From an uncultured Alphaproteobacteria bacterium (GTDB taxonomy: Bacteria; Pseudomonadota; Alphaproteobacteria; CAAHEQ01; UBA3637), in the NCBI GenBank assembly GCA_949292205.1, contig CASEYR010000001.1, positions 2,721-66,720 of the forward strand: a stretch of DNA of 64,000 nucleotides, in the 5' to 3' direction. The position numbers and the translations under genes are program-made. Each line of letters begins with the position of its first letter. Within the stretch, counting starts at the first letter, position 1. The notes beneath the pieces were generated by a model. The model did no database searches. It was not told the DNA's origin and saw only the letters and a program-made list of their open reading frames with translations. Shown piece by piece: positions 10,317-19,475 of the stretch.

Positions 10317-10622
10317 ATGAATTATAAAACAGTTGGTATTAAGGACGGTAAGGAGATAGTTATTTCCGGTTCTTTTACATTTCGGGATCATGATACGTTC
10401 TTTGAAATAGTATCGCTGATTAAAAGTGCTCAGGATAGAAAGGTTGTCTTTAATATGGCTGAATGTGATTTTATTGATTCCGCAGCATTAGGGATGTTTG
10501 TTATTGCACATGATGAAGCATCTTCCAAGGGGGTTAATCTTTCCATAAAGGGTGTTAAGGGAAAGGTTAAGGACGTTATGTATGCGGCTCGATTTGATAG
10601 CTTGTACTCGTTTGAGGATTAA
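10317..10622 (+). CDS. STAS-domain protein (anti-sigma-factor antagonist-like)
   Basis: 101 aa with FIDSAALGMFV, the typical SpoIIAA/STAS core. No partner kinase or phosphatase lies nearby. Confidence 0.65.
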   Translation: MNYKTVGIKDGKEIVISGSFTFRDHDTFFEIVSLIKSAQDRKVVFNMAECDFIDSAALGMFVIAHDEASSKGVNLSIKGVKGKVKDVMYAARFDSLYSFED

Positions 10623-10641
10623 GATATAATAGATTAAAATG

Positions 10642-10670
10642 AACCAGCAACATCTGTTGCTGGTTTTATA
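10642..10670 (+). terminator. intrinsic terminator after the STAS gene
   Basis: AACCAGCAAC-ATCT-GTTGCTGGTT followed by TTTAT. Confidence 0.55.
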
Positions 10671-10747
10671 AAGTTTAAAGCTTAACAAATATTTCACCCA
10701 GATACAAAAGAAATATTTATGGATGAAAGCATAATATTATAGATCAT

Positions 10748-10778
10748 AAAAAAAACCTCAACATTCTGTTGAGGTTTA
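10748..10778 (-). terminator. intrinsic terminator after ddh (minus orientation)
   Basis: On the minus strand, AACCTCAAC-AGAATG-TTGAGGTT is followed by T8. Confidence 0.6.
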
Positions 10779-10804
10779 ATTGCTTTCTGAAGAAGGCAGT
10801 GTAT

Positions 10805-11713
10805 TTAGTAACCCTCTAGTTTTTCATCTAATGTTTGTCCGGGAAGGTAATCAATCAAAGGGCGTTCAATAAATGTATATGTTCCATACTCACCACGATC
10901 TCGGGATGCAATACATGCACGAATACAAGAAACCATGATATTCGCAGTCCATTCCGGATTGTTTCCTTCGGCAGTATAGATTTGATTGACTTGCATGCCG
11001 GTTCTTTCAACGGCCCCTTCGTGATGAAGTGTATTATACTTATTAATATCCTTTACAAATTTTACCTCCGTGGGATCATTAACGAAATAAGCATCATTTT
11101 TAATGGCAGTTTCAACTTGCTGTGCATCAAATCCCGATAAAAGCTCAACATAGACTTGACGCTTATGTTTTCCGCGACCATTTTCCAAGGTAAGCGATAC
11201 GGCATCTTTTACACCGGGAATTGCTTTGACAGCGGCAGTGTGTCCCATGCTTCTTCCGCCTTTTTTACCGCCGAAAGTTGTAGTTGTGTGGCCGGTAATA
11301 GAGGCAATTTTCATAATTGCACGGATACCAGAGTCAGTGCCGGGGTCCCAACCTGTTGCAAAAATAGATACAACCTTTTTTGCTTTTGCGACAATATCCA
11401 ACTCTTTTTTAATACCGGGAATACGATCATGTTCATCAAAACTATCTACTGTACAAATACCTAAAGCCTGATATTCTTTAACACGATCGGGAACTTCTCT
11501 TGATGGAATACATAACAAAGCAACGTCTACTTTATCTAATTTTGTAATATCATCAACAACGTGAGTATTTTCTAAAGTCGGATCATGTTTTGCCAGCGAT
11601 GCAGGACGACGAACGACACCAGCCAAATATAAATCAGAGCTTTCGGCAATAGCACGTTTACATCCACGACCGACATTACCCCATCCAATAATAGCAACAG
11701 AAATTTTTTGCAT
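10805..11713 (-). CDS. ddh: meso-diaminopimelate D-dehydrogenase-like
   Basis: 302 aa. MQKISVAIIGWGNVGRG resembles the Ddh N-terminus (Corynebacterium MTNIRVAIVGYGNLGR). TGWDPGTDS is present and the length is about 300 aa. The ATG overlaps the glgA stop (TAATG). Confidence 0.65.
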   Translation of the reverse strand: MQKISVAIIGWGNVGRGCKRAIAESSDLYLAGVVRRPASLAKHDPTLENTHVVDDITKLDKVDVALLCIPSREVPDRVKEYQALGICTVDSFDEHDRIPGIKKELDIVAKAKKVVSIFATGWDPGTDSGIRAIMKIASITGHTTTTFGGKKGGRSMGHTAAVKAIPGVKDAVSLTLENGRGKHKRQVYVELLSGFDAQQVETAIKNDAYFVNDPTEVKFVKDINKYNTLHHEGAVERTGMQVNQIYTAEGNNPEWTANIMVSCIRACIASRDRGEYGTYTFIERPLIDYLPGQTLDEKLEGY

Positions 11714-13176
11714 TAATATCCTCCAGACATTTTTTGATAAAGTTTTTTATAATCATTTGACGATTTTGACCATGAATAGTTTTGTTTCATAGCCAAATGA
11801 CGCATTGAATGAATGTGTTGCGGGCGATCAAAATAAGTGGCGTTTGCCCAACCGATAGTATTATAAAGCGCCATCGGAGATATATCCTTAAACTTGAATC
11901 CCGTTCCGACGCCGTAATATTCATTATAATTATATACGGTATCGTCCAATCCGCCGGTGGCTCTGGCAATTGGTAATGCTCCATAGGTTTGGCTGACCAT
12001 TTGCTTTAATCCACAAGGTTCATACAGTGAGGGAACAAGAGAAAAATCACTTCCCGCATCAATCCAGTGTTCCATTTCCGGATCAAAACCAATTTTGACA
12101 GAGATTCGTCCGGGGTATTTTTTCGGTAGAGATTCAAAATAATTTTGAGCCCATTGATCTCCTTGTCCCATAATGACAAACTGGCATTGCATTGTGTTCA
12201 GAACAGGTTCAATGCATTGAGATAACATGCCGATACCCTTTTGCTCGGCCAATCGGACAGCCATGCCGAAGATTGGCTGAGACGCGCTAGCCAGACCTGT
12301 TCGACGCACAAGTTCTTCCTTATTTCTTTGTTTTCCTTCCTCAAAACTGTTTGCCGAATAACGTTTCGGGATGATTAAATCTTTTGCCGGATTCCATAAT
12401 TGTGTATCAATGCCGTTTAAGATACCACACAAGTCATTTTGTCTTTCACGAAGCAAAAAGTCCAATCCGGCACCGAATTCAGGAGTTAAAATCTCATGCG
12501 CATAATTAGGAGAAACAGTATTTAATTTATCAGCGAATCGCAGACCACCTTTTAAAAAGTTGATACATCCGTAATCCTCGAAAGCACCGGCATGAAAATC
12601 AGCCCAATCTATTTTGGCGTAAGGGACGACATCAGCAGGGAAACGTCCCTGATAGGGGAGATTGTGAATTGTTAATAGAGTCTTAGTCTTATCAAAGAAA
12701 GGATCGTGATCATGCTTGATGTAGTAGGGAATTAAAGAAGTTTGCCAATCATGGACATGGATAACATCCGGTTGATAGCGCAAGTCTTTTGCGACCTGTA
12801 GAGCAGCTCGACAGAAAAAGGCATAGCGATAGGCATTATCTTGATAAGCAATATGGCTTCCCCTATCATCATAAACACCGTTACGATAGAAATACTTATT
12901 AAACTCAATGAAGTAAGTTTCAACACCGGGGATGTAATTTGATTGGTGGACACAGAAAAATTCATGGCAATTACCCATTTCAACACAATTGCCTTCCATC
13001 ACCTTAAACAGACCATACTTCTGATAGTTAATTCCGGAATAGAGCGGAATAATTACTTTGACATGAACATCTTCATTTATTAAAGACTTCGGCAGAGAAC
13101 CCACGACATCACCCAATCCGCCTGTTTTGATGAAGGGGGTCATTTCACTGGCTATGAACAAGATATTTTGACTCAT
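11713..13176 (-). CDS. glgA: glycogen synthase (GT5)
   Basis: MSQNILFIASEMTPFIKTGGLGDVVGSLP is the KTGGL motif. The C-terminal half is GT-B (PSLYEPCGLKQM). AGGAG lies upstream of the internal ATG 13176; the track ORF extends 21 codons further without an SD. Confidence 0.9.
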   Translation of the reverse strand: MSQNILFIASEMTPFIKTGGLGDVVGSLPKSLINEDVHVKVIIPLYSGINYQKYGLFKVMEGNCVEMGNCHEFFCVHQSNYIPGVETYFIEFNKYFYRNGVYDDRGSHIAYQDNAYRYAFFCRAALQVAKDLRYQPDVIHVHDWQTSLIPYYIKHDHDPFFDKTKTLLTIHNLPYQGRFPADVVPYAKIDWADFHAGAFEDYGCINFLKGGLRFADKLNTVSPNYAHEILTPEFGAGLDFLLRERQNDLCGILNGIDTQLWNPAKDLIIPKRYSANSFEEGKQRNKEELVRRTGLASASQPIFGMAVRLAEQKGIGMLSQCIEPVLNTMQCQFVIMGQGDQWAQNYFESLPKKYPGRISVKIGFDPEMEHWIDAGSDFSLVPSLYEPCGLKQMVSQTYGALPIARATGGLDDTVYNYNEYYGVGTGFKFKDISPMALYNTIGWANATYFDRPQHIHSMRHLAMKQNYSWSKSSNDYKKLYQKMSGGY

Positions 13177-13318
13177 TTCTGTCTCCTTATACTCCTCATT
13201 ATTTAATAGCAGTATAAACGAGCAATTTTTGCTTTGCAAGACTTTTTACGGATTTTTTTCTTGATTTTAAATTATAAAAAAAGTATCCTAAAAAAAACGA
13301 AGAAAAGAAAGGTTTGTT

Positions 13319-15079
13319 ATGGCTGTTTTGGATGTGACGTGCTCGCTGAACGGATTGGCATGGGAGATGCCGTCGACAGATACCAGATTGGTTTTGGCAT
13401 TGACACAACGGTTTGATTTACCAGAGGTTGTAGCTCGAATTTTAGCTTCGCGTGGTGTGGGGTTGGACGCGGTAGAGGCTTTTTTATATCCGACATTAAA
13501 ACATAATTTGCCGAATCCACTCTCTTTAAAGGATATGGAAAAAGCGGCCAAACGAATGGCGGATGCGATTGAGGCCGGAGAACCGATAGGTTTGATGGGT
13601 GATTATGATGTGGATGGAGCAACATCAACGGCTTTATTGAAGATGTTTTTAGAAGAAATAGGCGTTTCTGTTTATACATTTATTCCGGAACGTGAAGAAG
13701 GATATGGTCCCAATGCATTAAAAATGAAAGAGTTTTATGATAAGGGATGTCGTTTGGTTGCGACTTTGGATTGTGGTATGACTGCTTTTGAGCCAATAGA
13801 AATTGGCACAAAACTAGGGTTGGACATTATCGTTTTGGATCACCATGATGCCGAGCAGAGTCTTCCGAATGCATATGCCGTTGTTAATCCGAAAAGGTTG
13901 GATGAGCCTGTTGGGCATCCCTGTCACTATATGGCAGCAGTTGGCGTTGTGTTTTTGTTTACGGTGGCTTTGAATACAATTTTAAGAGAACGAGGATTTT
14001 ATTTAAAAAGGAATGAACCGAATCTAATCCGTTTTTTGGATTTAGTTGCTTTTGGAACCGTGTGTGATGTGGTTCGTCTACAAGGGGTTAACCGACTCTT
14101 TGTCAAAGCCGGACTCAATCAGATGAAGAAAGGCGAAAATAAGGGACTAGTCGCTTTGGCTGAGCTTGTTGGATTATCCGAACCTCCTTCGGCATATCAT
14201 CTGGGGTATGTGTTTGGTCCCCGAGTGAATGCTTGTGGTCGTGTCGGGCAATCGGATATAGGAATGCAACTTTTGTCTTGTCAGGATCGGATTCAAGCAT
14301 CTGTTTTGGCGCATACGCTGGAAGAGCTTAATTTGCAACGACGAGATATAGAAGCAGCAGTTTTATTGGAGGCAATAGAGCAAGCTGATAGCAAGCCGGA
14401 GAATGACCCTTTTATTTTTGTTAAAGGTGAGCACTGGCATCAAGGAGTTGTCGGTATTGTTGCGGGACGCTTAAAGGATAGATATAATTTACCGGTTTTT
14501 GCTTTAAGTGTAGAGGGTGATGAAGTTAAGGGGTCTTCTCGTTCGGTACAAGGGGTTGATTTAGGGACCCTCGTTATGAATGCGATTAGCAAAGGGATTC
14601 TCTCTCGAGGAGGGGGACATCCGATGGCGGCCGGTTTTTCTCTTAAACGGGAAAAATTAGATGATTTCTATAGATATTTAAGGGAAAATATTACGCCGGA
14701 GATGACTACTCATAAAGCATCGACTTTGGAAATTGACGGTGTTTTGGATATTGGCGGTGCGACAGTTGAATTAGTTAATCAAATTAATATGCTGGCTCCT
14801 TTCGGTGAGGCTAATCCGGAACCTCGTTTTGTTATTAAAGATGTGATGATTAATCGATGTGTTCTGTTAAAGAATGGACATATTGGATGCACTTTAACGG
14901 GGCGAGGTGGCTTATATCTTCAGGCAATAGCTTTTCGGGCGGCGGATACAGAGATGGGACATCAACTGTTAAATTCTCGGAATGCTTATTTCCATGTAGC
15001 TGGTGTTTTAAAACAGGACTCGTGGCGTGGTCAGACAAAAATTCAATTTCAAATACAAGATGCGGTTAAATCGTTGTAA
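13319..15079 (+). CDS. recJ: single-stranded-DNA-specific exonuclease RecJ
   Basis: 586 aa with DHH motifs (GDYDVDGATS, VLDHHD) and DHHA1 (GGGHPMAAG). Confidence 0.9.
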   Translation: MAVLDVTCSLNGLAWEMPSTDTRLVLALTQRFDLPEVVARILASRGVGLDAVEAFLYPTLKHNLPNPLSLKDMEKAAKRMADAIEAGEPIGLMGDYDVDGATSTALLKMFLEEIGVSVYTFIPEREEGYGPNALKMKEFYDKGCRLVATLDCGMTAFEPIEIGTKLGLDIIVLDHHDAEQSLPNAYAVVNPKRLDEPVGHPCHYMAAVGVVFLFTVALNTILRERGFYLKRNEPNLIRFLDLVAFGTVCDVVRLQGVNRLFVKAGLNQMKKGENKGLVALAELVGLSEPPSAYHLGYVFGPRVNACGRVGQSDIGMQLLSCQDRIQASVLAHTLEELNLQRRDIEAAVLLEAIEQADSKPENDPFIFVKGEHWHQGVVGIVAGRLKDRYNLPVFALSVEGDEVKGSSRSVQGVDLGTLVMNAISKGILSRGGGHPMAAGFSLKREKLDDFYRYLRENITPEMTTHKASTLEIDGVLDIGGATVELVNQINMLAPFGEANPEPRFVIKDVMINRCVLLKNGHIGCTLTGRGGLYLQAIAFRAADTEMGHQLLNSRNAYFHVAGVLKQDSWRGQTKIQFQIQDAVKSL

Positions 15080-15124
15080 TTAAAAGGCTGAAGTTGTAAA
15101 AAAAGAGGGATTTCCTTTTTTTTC

Positions 15125-15152
15125 TTGCCTTTTTAAAATATTACGTTACAAT
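15125..15152 (+). promoter_or_regulatory. sigma70-like promoter upstream of plsY (TTGCCT-16-TACAAT)
   Basis: TTGCCT at 15125-15130, a 16-nt spacer, then TACAAT at 15147-15152, 30 nt before the plsY ATG. Confidence 0.4.
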
Positions 15153-15181
15153 AGTGTGTCACTTTTATAAAGGAGTTTAAT

Positions 15182-15793
15182 ATGTTCCCCGTTATATTTT
15201 CTTTGATTTTTGGATATTTACTTGGTTCTGTACCATTTGGGCTTGTGATTACGCGATTGGCAGGATTGGGAGATATCAGAAAAATCGGCTCAGGTAATAT
15301 CGGAGCAACCAATGTGTTGCGAACCGGACGCAAAGATTTAGCTTTTTTAACATTGGTTTTTGATTTGGGCAAAGCTGGATTAGCCGCTTTTCTATGTGAA
15401 TATCTATTTAAATCCGAAAATATGGGATTGATAGCCGGTTTTATGGCGGTTGTCGGGCATAATTATCCGATTTGGTTGCGTTTTAAAGGCGGAAAAGGTG
15501 TCGCGGCGACATTGGGAATGATGCTTGTTGTTACGCCGTTTGTTGGTGTTATGGCATGTTTAACGTGGTTGATTATGGCTGTTTTATTCCGCTACTCTTC
15601 CTTGTCGGCTTTGACGGCATTATGTTTGGCGCCGATTTACGCTTTTATTTGGGGAACACCAGAGGCTGTTGTTTGTTTTGCTGTTTTAGCTCTTTTATCT
15701 TGCTTTAGACACAGAAGCAATATTCAGAGATTAATACATGGAGAAGAAACAAAAATCAACTTAAAAAGGAAGAAAGATGCCACTCTCAAATGA
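15182..15793 (+). CDS. plsY: glycerol-3-phosphate acyltransferase PlsY
   Basis: 203 aa, polytopic, with GSGNIGATNVLR, HNYPIWLRFKGGKGVA. Confidence 0.9.
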   Translation: MFPVIFSLIFGYLLGSVPFGLVITRLAGLGDIRKIGSGNIGATNVLRTGRKDLAFLTLVFDLGKAGLAAFLCEYLFKSENMGLIAGFMAVVGHNYPIWLRFKGGKGVAATLGMMLVVTPFVGVMACLTWLIMAVLFRYSSLSALTALCLAPIYAFIWGTPEAVVCFAVLALLSCFRHRSNIQRLIHGEETKINLKRKKDATLK

Positions 15794-16904
15794 AGAAAAA
15801 GTAAATTGGCTCCGCTTGATGCTCAGTGAAAATGTCGGCCCGACGACATTTAATCAGCTCATTTCTTTTTATGGGAGCGCGACAGAAGCTATTCGTCATT
15901 TAGGCGAATTGGCTCGTCAAGGGGGACGAAGAAAGCCGATTGTTCCCGCAACGGTAGCTCATGCAGAAGAGCAATTAGAGTTAGCTACACGAACAGGCGT
16001 TCAAGTCCTTTTCTTGAAAGAGGTGGACTATCCAGCTCTTTTAAAACGGACATCTGATGCTCCACCGATTTTGTTTGTAAAAGGACAGGTAAAAACATTG
16101 GATAAGCCGGCTATATCAATTGTTGGAACAAGAAATGCCTCGGCAAATGGAAAGGGATTGGCTCGTCAATTAGCGCATGATCTTGTGCGTCATGGTTATA
16201 ATATTGTGTCCGGCATGGCGCGCGGTATAGATCGTTCCGCCCATCAAGGAGCATTATCTGTTATTGAGGATAGACCTGCTACAACGGCTGTTTTGGGAAC
16301 TTCTGTTGATGGGGTTTATCCTGAAGAAAATAGGGATATTTATACAGAAATCAGTCGCTACGGTTGCTTGGTTTCCGAATTTCCGTTCGGAACAATTTTG
16401 TCCCCTCGTAATTTCCCGCGTCGTAACCGAATTATTGCTGGGTTGTCTTTGGGGACAGTTGTTATTGAGGCGCAGGAGCGATCCGGTTCATTGATTACGG
16501 CAAGAGAGGCATTAAGTCAAGGTCGAGAAGTGTTTGCCGTTCCAGGCTCTCCTGTTGACCCCAGAAGTGCCGGTCCAAATGCCCTTATTCGGGATGGAGC
16601 GGTTTTGGTTGAGACTGCTGAAGATGTTTTAGCAACATTGGAACATTTAAAAACATTTAATCTTCGTGAGTTAGTGGCTGAAGACATATTTAAGCCCGAA
16701 CCAATTAACGATGATACTATTTCTTCGGCACGTGAAATGGTTGTGCATAATTTAGGACCTGAAATGGTTTCTGTTGAGCATATTATTCAAGAGACAGGAC
16801 TTGACGTTCGTCTGATTAACATTATTTTAGTTGAGCTGGAATTGGCCGGGCGTTTGGAACGATATCCGGGTAATCGTGTTTCACTCATTTATTCTAGGGA
16901 GTAA
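15777..16904 (+). CDS. dprA: DNA processing protein DprA (Smf)
   Basis: 375 aa with GTRNAS, SGMARGID, RNRIIAGLS and VIEA..RSGSLITA. It overlaps the plsY end by 17 nt. Confidence 0.85.
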   Translation: MPLSNEEKVNWLRLMLSENVGPTTFNQLISFYGSATEAIRHLGELARQGGRRKPIVPATVAHAEEQLELATRTGVQVLFLKEVDYPALLKRTSDAPPILFVKGQVKTLDKPAISIVGTRNASANGKGLARQLAHDLVRHGYNIVSGMARGIDRSAHQGALSVIEDRPATTAVLGTSVDGVYPEENRDIYTEISRYGCLVSEFPFGTILSPRNFPRRNRIIAGLSLGTVVIEAQERSGSLITAREALSQGREVFAVPGSPVDPRSAGPNALIRDGAVLVETAEDVLATLEHLKTFNLRELVAEDIFKPEPINDDTISSAREMVVHNLGPEMVSVEHIIQETGLDVRLINIILVELELAGRLERYPGNRVSLIYSRE

Positions 16905-16907
16905 GAA

Positions 16908-19391
16908 ATGAAACTTGTCATTGTGGAATCTCCATCAAAGGCGAAAACAATCAATAAATATTTAGGAAAAGATTATCTGGTCAAAGCCAGTTTTGGTCAT
17001 ATTCGCGATGTTCCGGCCAAGAACGGTTCTGTGCGTCCGGATGAAGATTTTGCAATGGATTGGGAGATTCAACCACGGGCCGAAAAGGTTGTGCGAGAGA
17101 TTGTTCAAGCCTTGTCTAAGGCAGATGCGCTTTATTTGGCCTCGGACCCTGATCGGGAAGGGGAGGCTATAGCATGGCATGTTTTGCAAGAGCTCAAACG
17201 TCGTAAAAAACTACCGGCGACATTACCGGTTTATCGCGTCGTTTTTCATGAAATTACCAAGTCGGCAATTACAGAGGCTATGAAAAATCCGCGAGAAATT
17301 GATATGCAACTTGTGGATGCTTATTTGGCTCGTCGTGCCTTAGATTATCTTGTGGGATTTTATATTTCTCCGTTACTATGGCGGAAACTCCCAGGGGCGA
17401 AATCAGCAGGTCGAGTTCAATCGGTTGCTTTGCGATTGATTTGTGAGCGTGAGGATGAGATAGCAGCATTTAAGCCCCAAGAATACTGGAGTATAGACGT
17501 TGATTTGAATACAATTCGTTCGGAAAAATTTCGAGCGAGGTTATCTCATGTTAACGGTAAAAAATTGACGAAGTTTGATTTAGCAAACGGGACAATCACT
17601 CAAGATGTTAAACGACGGGTAGAGTCGGCAGCTTTTTCTGTCGGAGCCATTGAGCGCAAGCAAGTTAAACGAAATCCGGCACCGGCATTTACGACATCAA
17701 CCTTACAACAAGAAGCTTCTCGCAAGCTTGGTTTTGCTGCCAAAAAAACGATGCAAATTGCACAAAACTTGTATGAAGGCGTTGATATTGGTGGGGAAAC
17801 AGCCGGTTTAATTACATATATGCGTACGGATAGTGTCGCTTTGTCAAATGAGGCTATAACGGCAACCAGAACGTTGATTGAGCAAAGTTATGGTAAGGAC
17901 TATCTGCCAGAAAAACCGCGTTTTTATAAGAATAATTCCAAGAATGCTCAAGAGGCGCACGAAGCAATTCGTCCGACCAATGTTATGAGGACTCCTGAAA
18001 AAATGGCAGCCTTTTTAACAGCGGATCAGTTGAAGCTTTATGAGTTGGTTTGGAAAAGAACCGTCGCCTGCCAAATGGAAAGTGCCCTTATGGATAAGGT
18101 TGGGATTGATATTCCGGCCTCGGACGGGAGTGTTCAACTGCGGGCAACGGGTCAAACAATAGCATTTCCTGGATTTATCAAGGTTTATAAAGAAGATATT
18201 GATGATGCCAAAGACGATGATGATAATACATTATTACCGCTGATGAATGAAGGTGAATCTTTGACGACATTGGATGTGTTGGCGGAACAACACTTTACCG
18301 AGCCGCCACCACGTTTTTCCGAAGCCAGTTTGGTTAAAAAGTTGGAAGAGCTAGGCATTGGTCGTCCATCGACATATGCGACGATTTTGTCGGTTTTGCA
18401 AGAACGTTCATATGTTAAGTTGGTATCCAAGCGTTTTATTCCGGAGGATCGCGGTCGAATTGTGACGGCTTTCCTTGAAAATTATTTTAATCAGTATGTG
18501 CAGTATGATTATACAGCTAATCTGGAAAACAAACTGGATGATATTACGAACGGACAAGTTCAGTGGAAACAGGTTTTAGGAGATTTTTGGAAACAGTTTG
18601 ATGCAACGGTCAAAAGTGTTGAACCTCATAAAATGGGAGAGGTTCTGGAAACAGTCGCAAAATCGTTGGAAAAGCATTTATTCCCGACAGAAGAATCTCG
18701 TATTTGTCCGGAGTGTAAGACAGGTAAATTGGCATTGCATGTTGGGCGCTTTGGGGCTTTTATTGGGTGCTCTAATTATCCGACGTGTAAGTATACGAAA
18801 CAGTTTGCAAGTATTGATGCACCTCGGGATGAAAATGGTCAGCCGATAGAGGAAACGCCGACAGAAAAGCAAGTCTTTGAATTGGGAAAAGATGCTTCTG
18901 GTGCCGATATAACCGTTCGCAAAGGACCTTATGGTTGGTATGTTCAACAGGGGTTGGGAAAAGATGTGAAACGTATTAGTTTGCCAAAGGGAATGGCTCC
19001 CGATAGTATAGATATTCAAAAAGCACTGTCATTATTGTCACTGCCACGTCCTTTAGGGAATGATCCGGAAACGAATGAGTTGATTGAGGCCGGCTTAGGC
19101 AAGTTCGGACCTTACGTCCGTCGTGGAAAGACATATAAGTCATTAGAGGCAACGGATGACGTTTTGACGGTTGATTTAGCGCGAGCCTTGACATTACTGA
19201 GTCAAGCAAGCGAGAAACAAAAAGTAACCAAGCTCGGTAAATGGGAAAATGAAGAGGTGACTTATCAAATCGGCCGCTATGGTCCTTATGTTAAGTGTGG
19301 TAAAATGATGGCTTCGGTTAAGAAAAAAGATGCCGTACCATCGTTGGAAGAGGCGATAGATTTATTACAGGCCAAAATGCATCAAAAATAA
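16908..19391 (+). CDS. topA: DNA topoisomerase I
   Basis: 827 aa with a TOPRIM N-terminus (MKLVIVESPSKAKTI), the active-site region ITYMRTDS, and a C-terminal Zn ribbon CPECKTG...CSNYPTC. Confidence 0.95.
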   Translation: MKLVIVESPSKAKTINKYLGKDYLVKASFGHIRDVPAKNGSVRPDEDFAMDWEIQPRAEKVVREIVQALSKADALYLASDPDREGEAIAWHVLQELKRRKKLPATLPVYRVVFHEITKSAITEAMKNPREIDMQLVDAYLARRALDYLVGFYISPLLWRKLPGAKSAGRVQSVALRLICEREDEIAAFKPQEYWSIDVDLNTIRSEKFRARLSHVNGKKLTKFDLANGTITQDVKRRVESAAFSVGAIERKQVKRNPAPAFTTSTLQQEASRKLGFAAKKTMQIAQNLYEGVDIGGETAGLITYMRTDSVALSNEAITATRTLIEQSYGKDYLPEKPRFYKNNSKNAQEAHEAIRPTNVMRTPEKMAAFLTADQLKLYELVWKRTVACQMESALMDKVGIDIPASDGSVQLRATGQTIAFPGFIKVYKEDIDDAKDDDDNTLLPLMNEGESLTTLDVLAEQHFTEPPPRFSEASLVKKLEELGIGRPSTYATILSVLQERSYVKLVSKRFIPEDRGRIVTAFLENYFNQYVQYDYTANLENKLDDITNGQVQWKQVLGDFWKQFDATVKSVEPHKMGEVLETVAKSLEKHLFPTEESRICPECKTGKLALHVGRFGAFIGCSNYPTCKYTKQFASIDAPRDENGQPIEETPTEKQVFELGKDASGADITVRKGPYGWYVQQGLGKDVKRISLPKGMAPDSIDIQKALSLLSLPRPLGNDPETNELIEAGLGKFGPYVRRGKTYKSLEATDDVLTVDLARALTLLSQASEKQKVTKLGKWENEEVTYQIGRYGPYVKCGKMMASVKKKDAVPSLEEAIDLLQAKMHQK

Positions 19392-19411
19392 GGTTGATTC
19401 ATCAAAATGAC

Positions 19412-19440
19412 TTGTCAAAGGAAGTGTTTTAAGATATAAC
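19412..19440 (+). promoter_or_regulatory. sigma70-like promoter (TTGTCA-17-TATAAC) upstream of the PpiD-like gene
   Basis: TTGTCA at 19412-19417, a 17-nt spacer, then TATAAC at 19435-19440. Confidence 0.45.
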
Positions 19441-19475
19441 GGATTCAGTTTGAGTAACAGAGGGGAATAAACATC

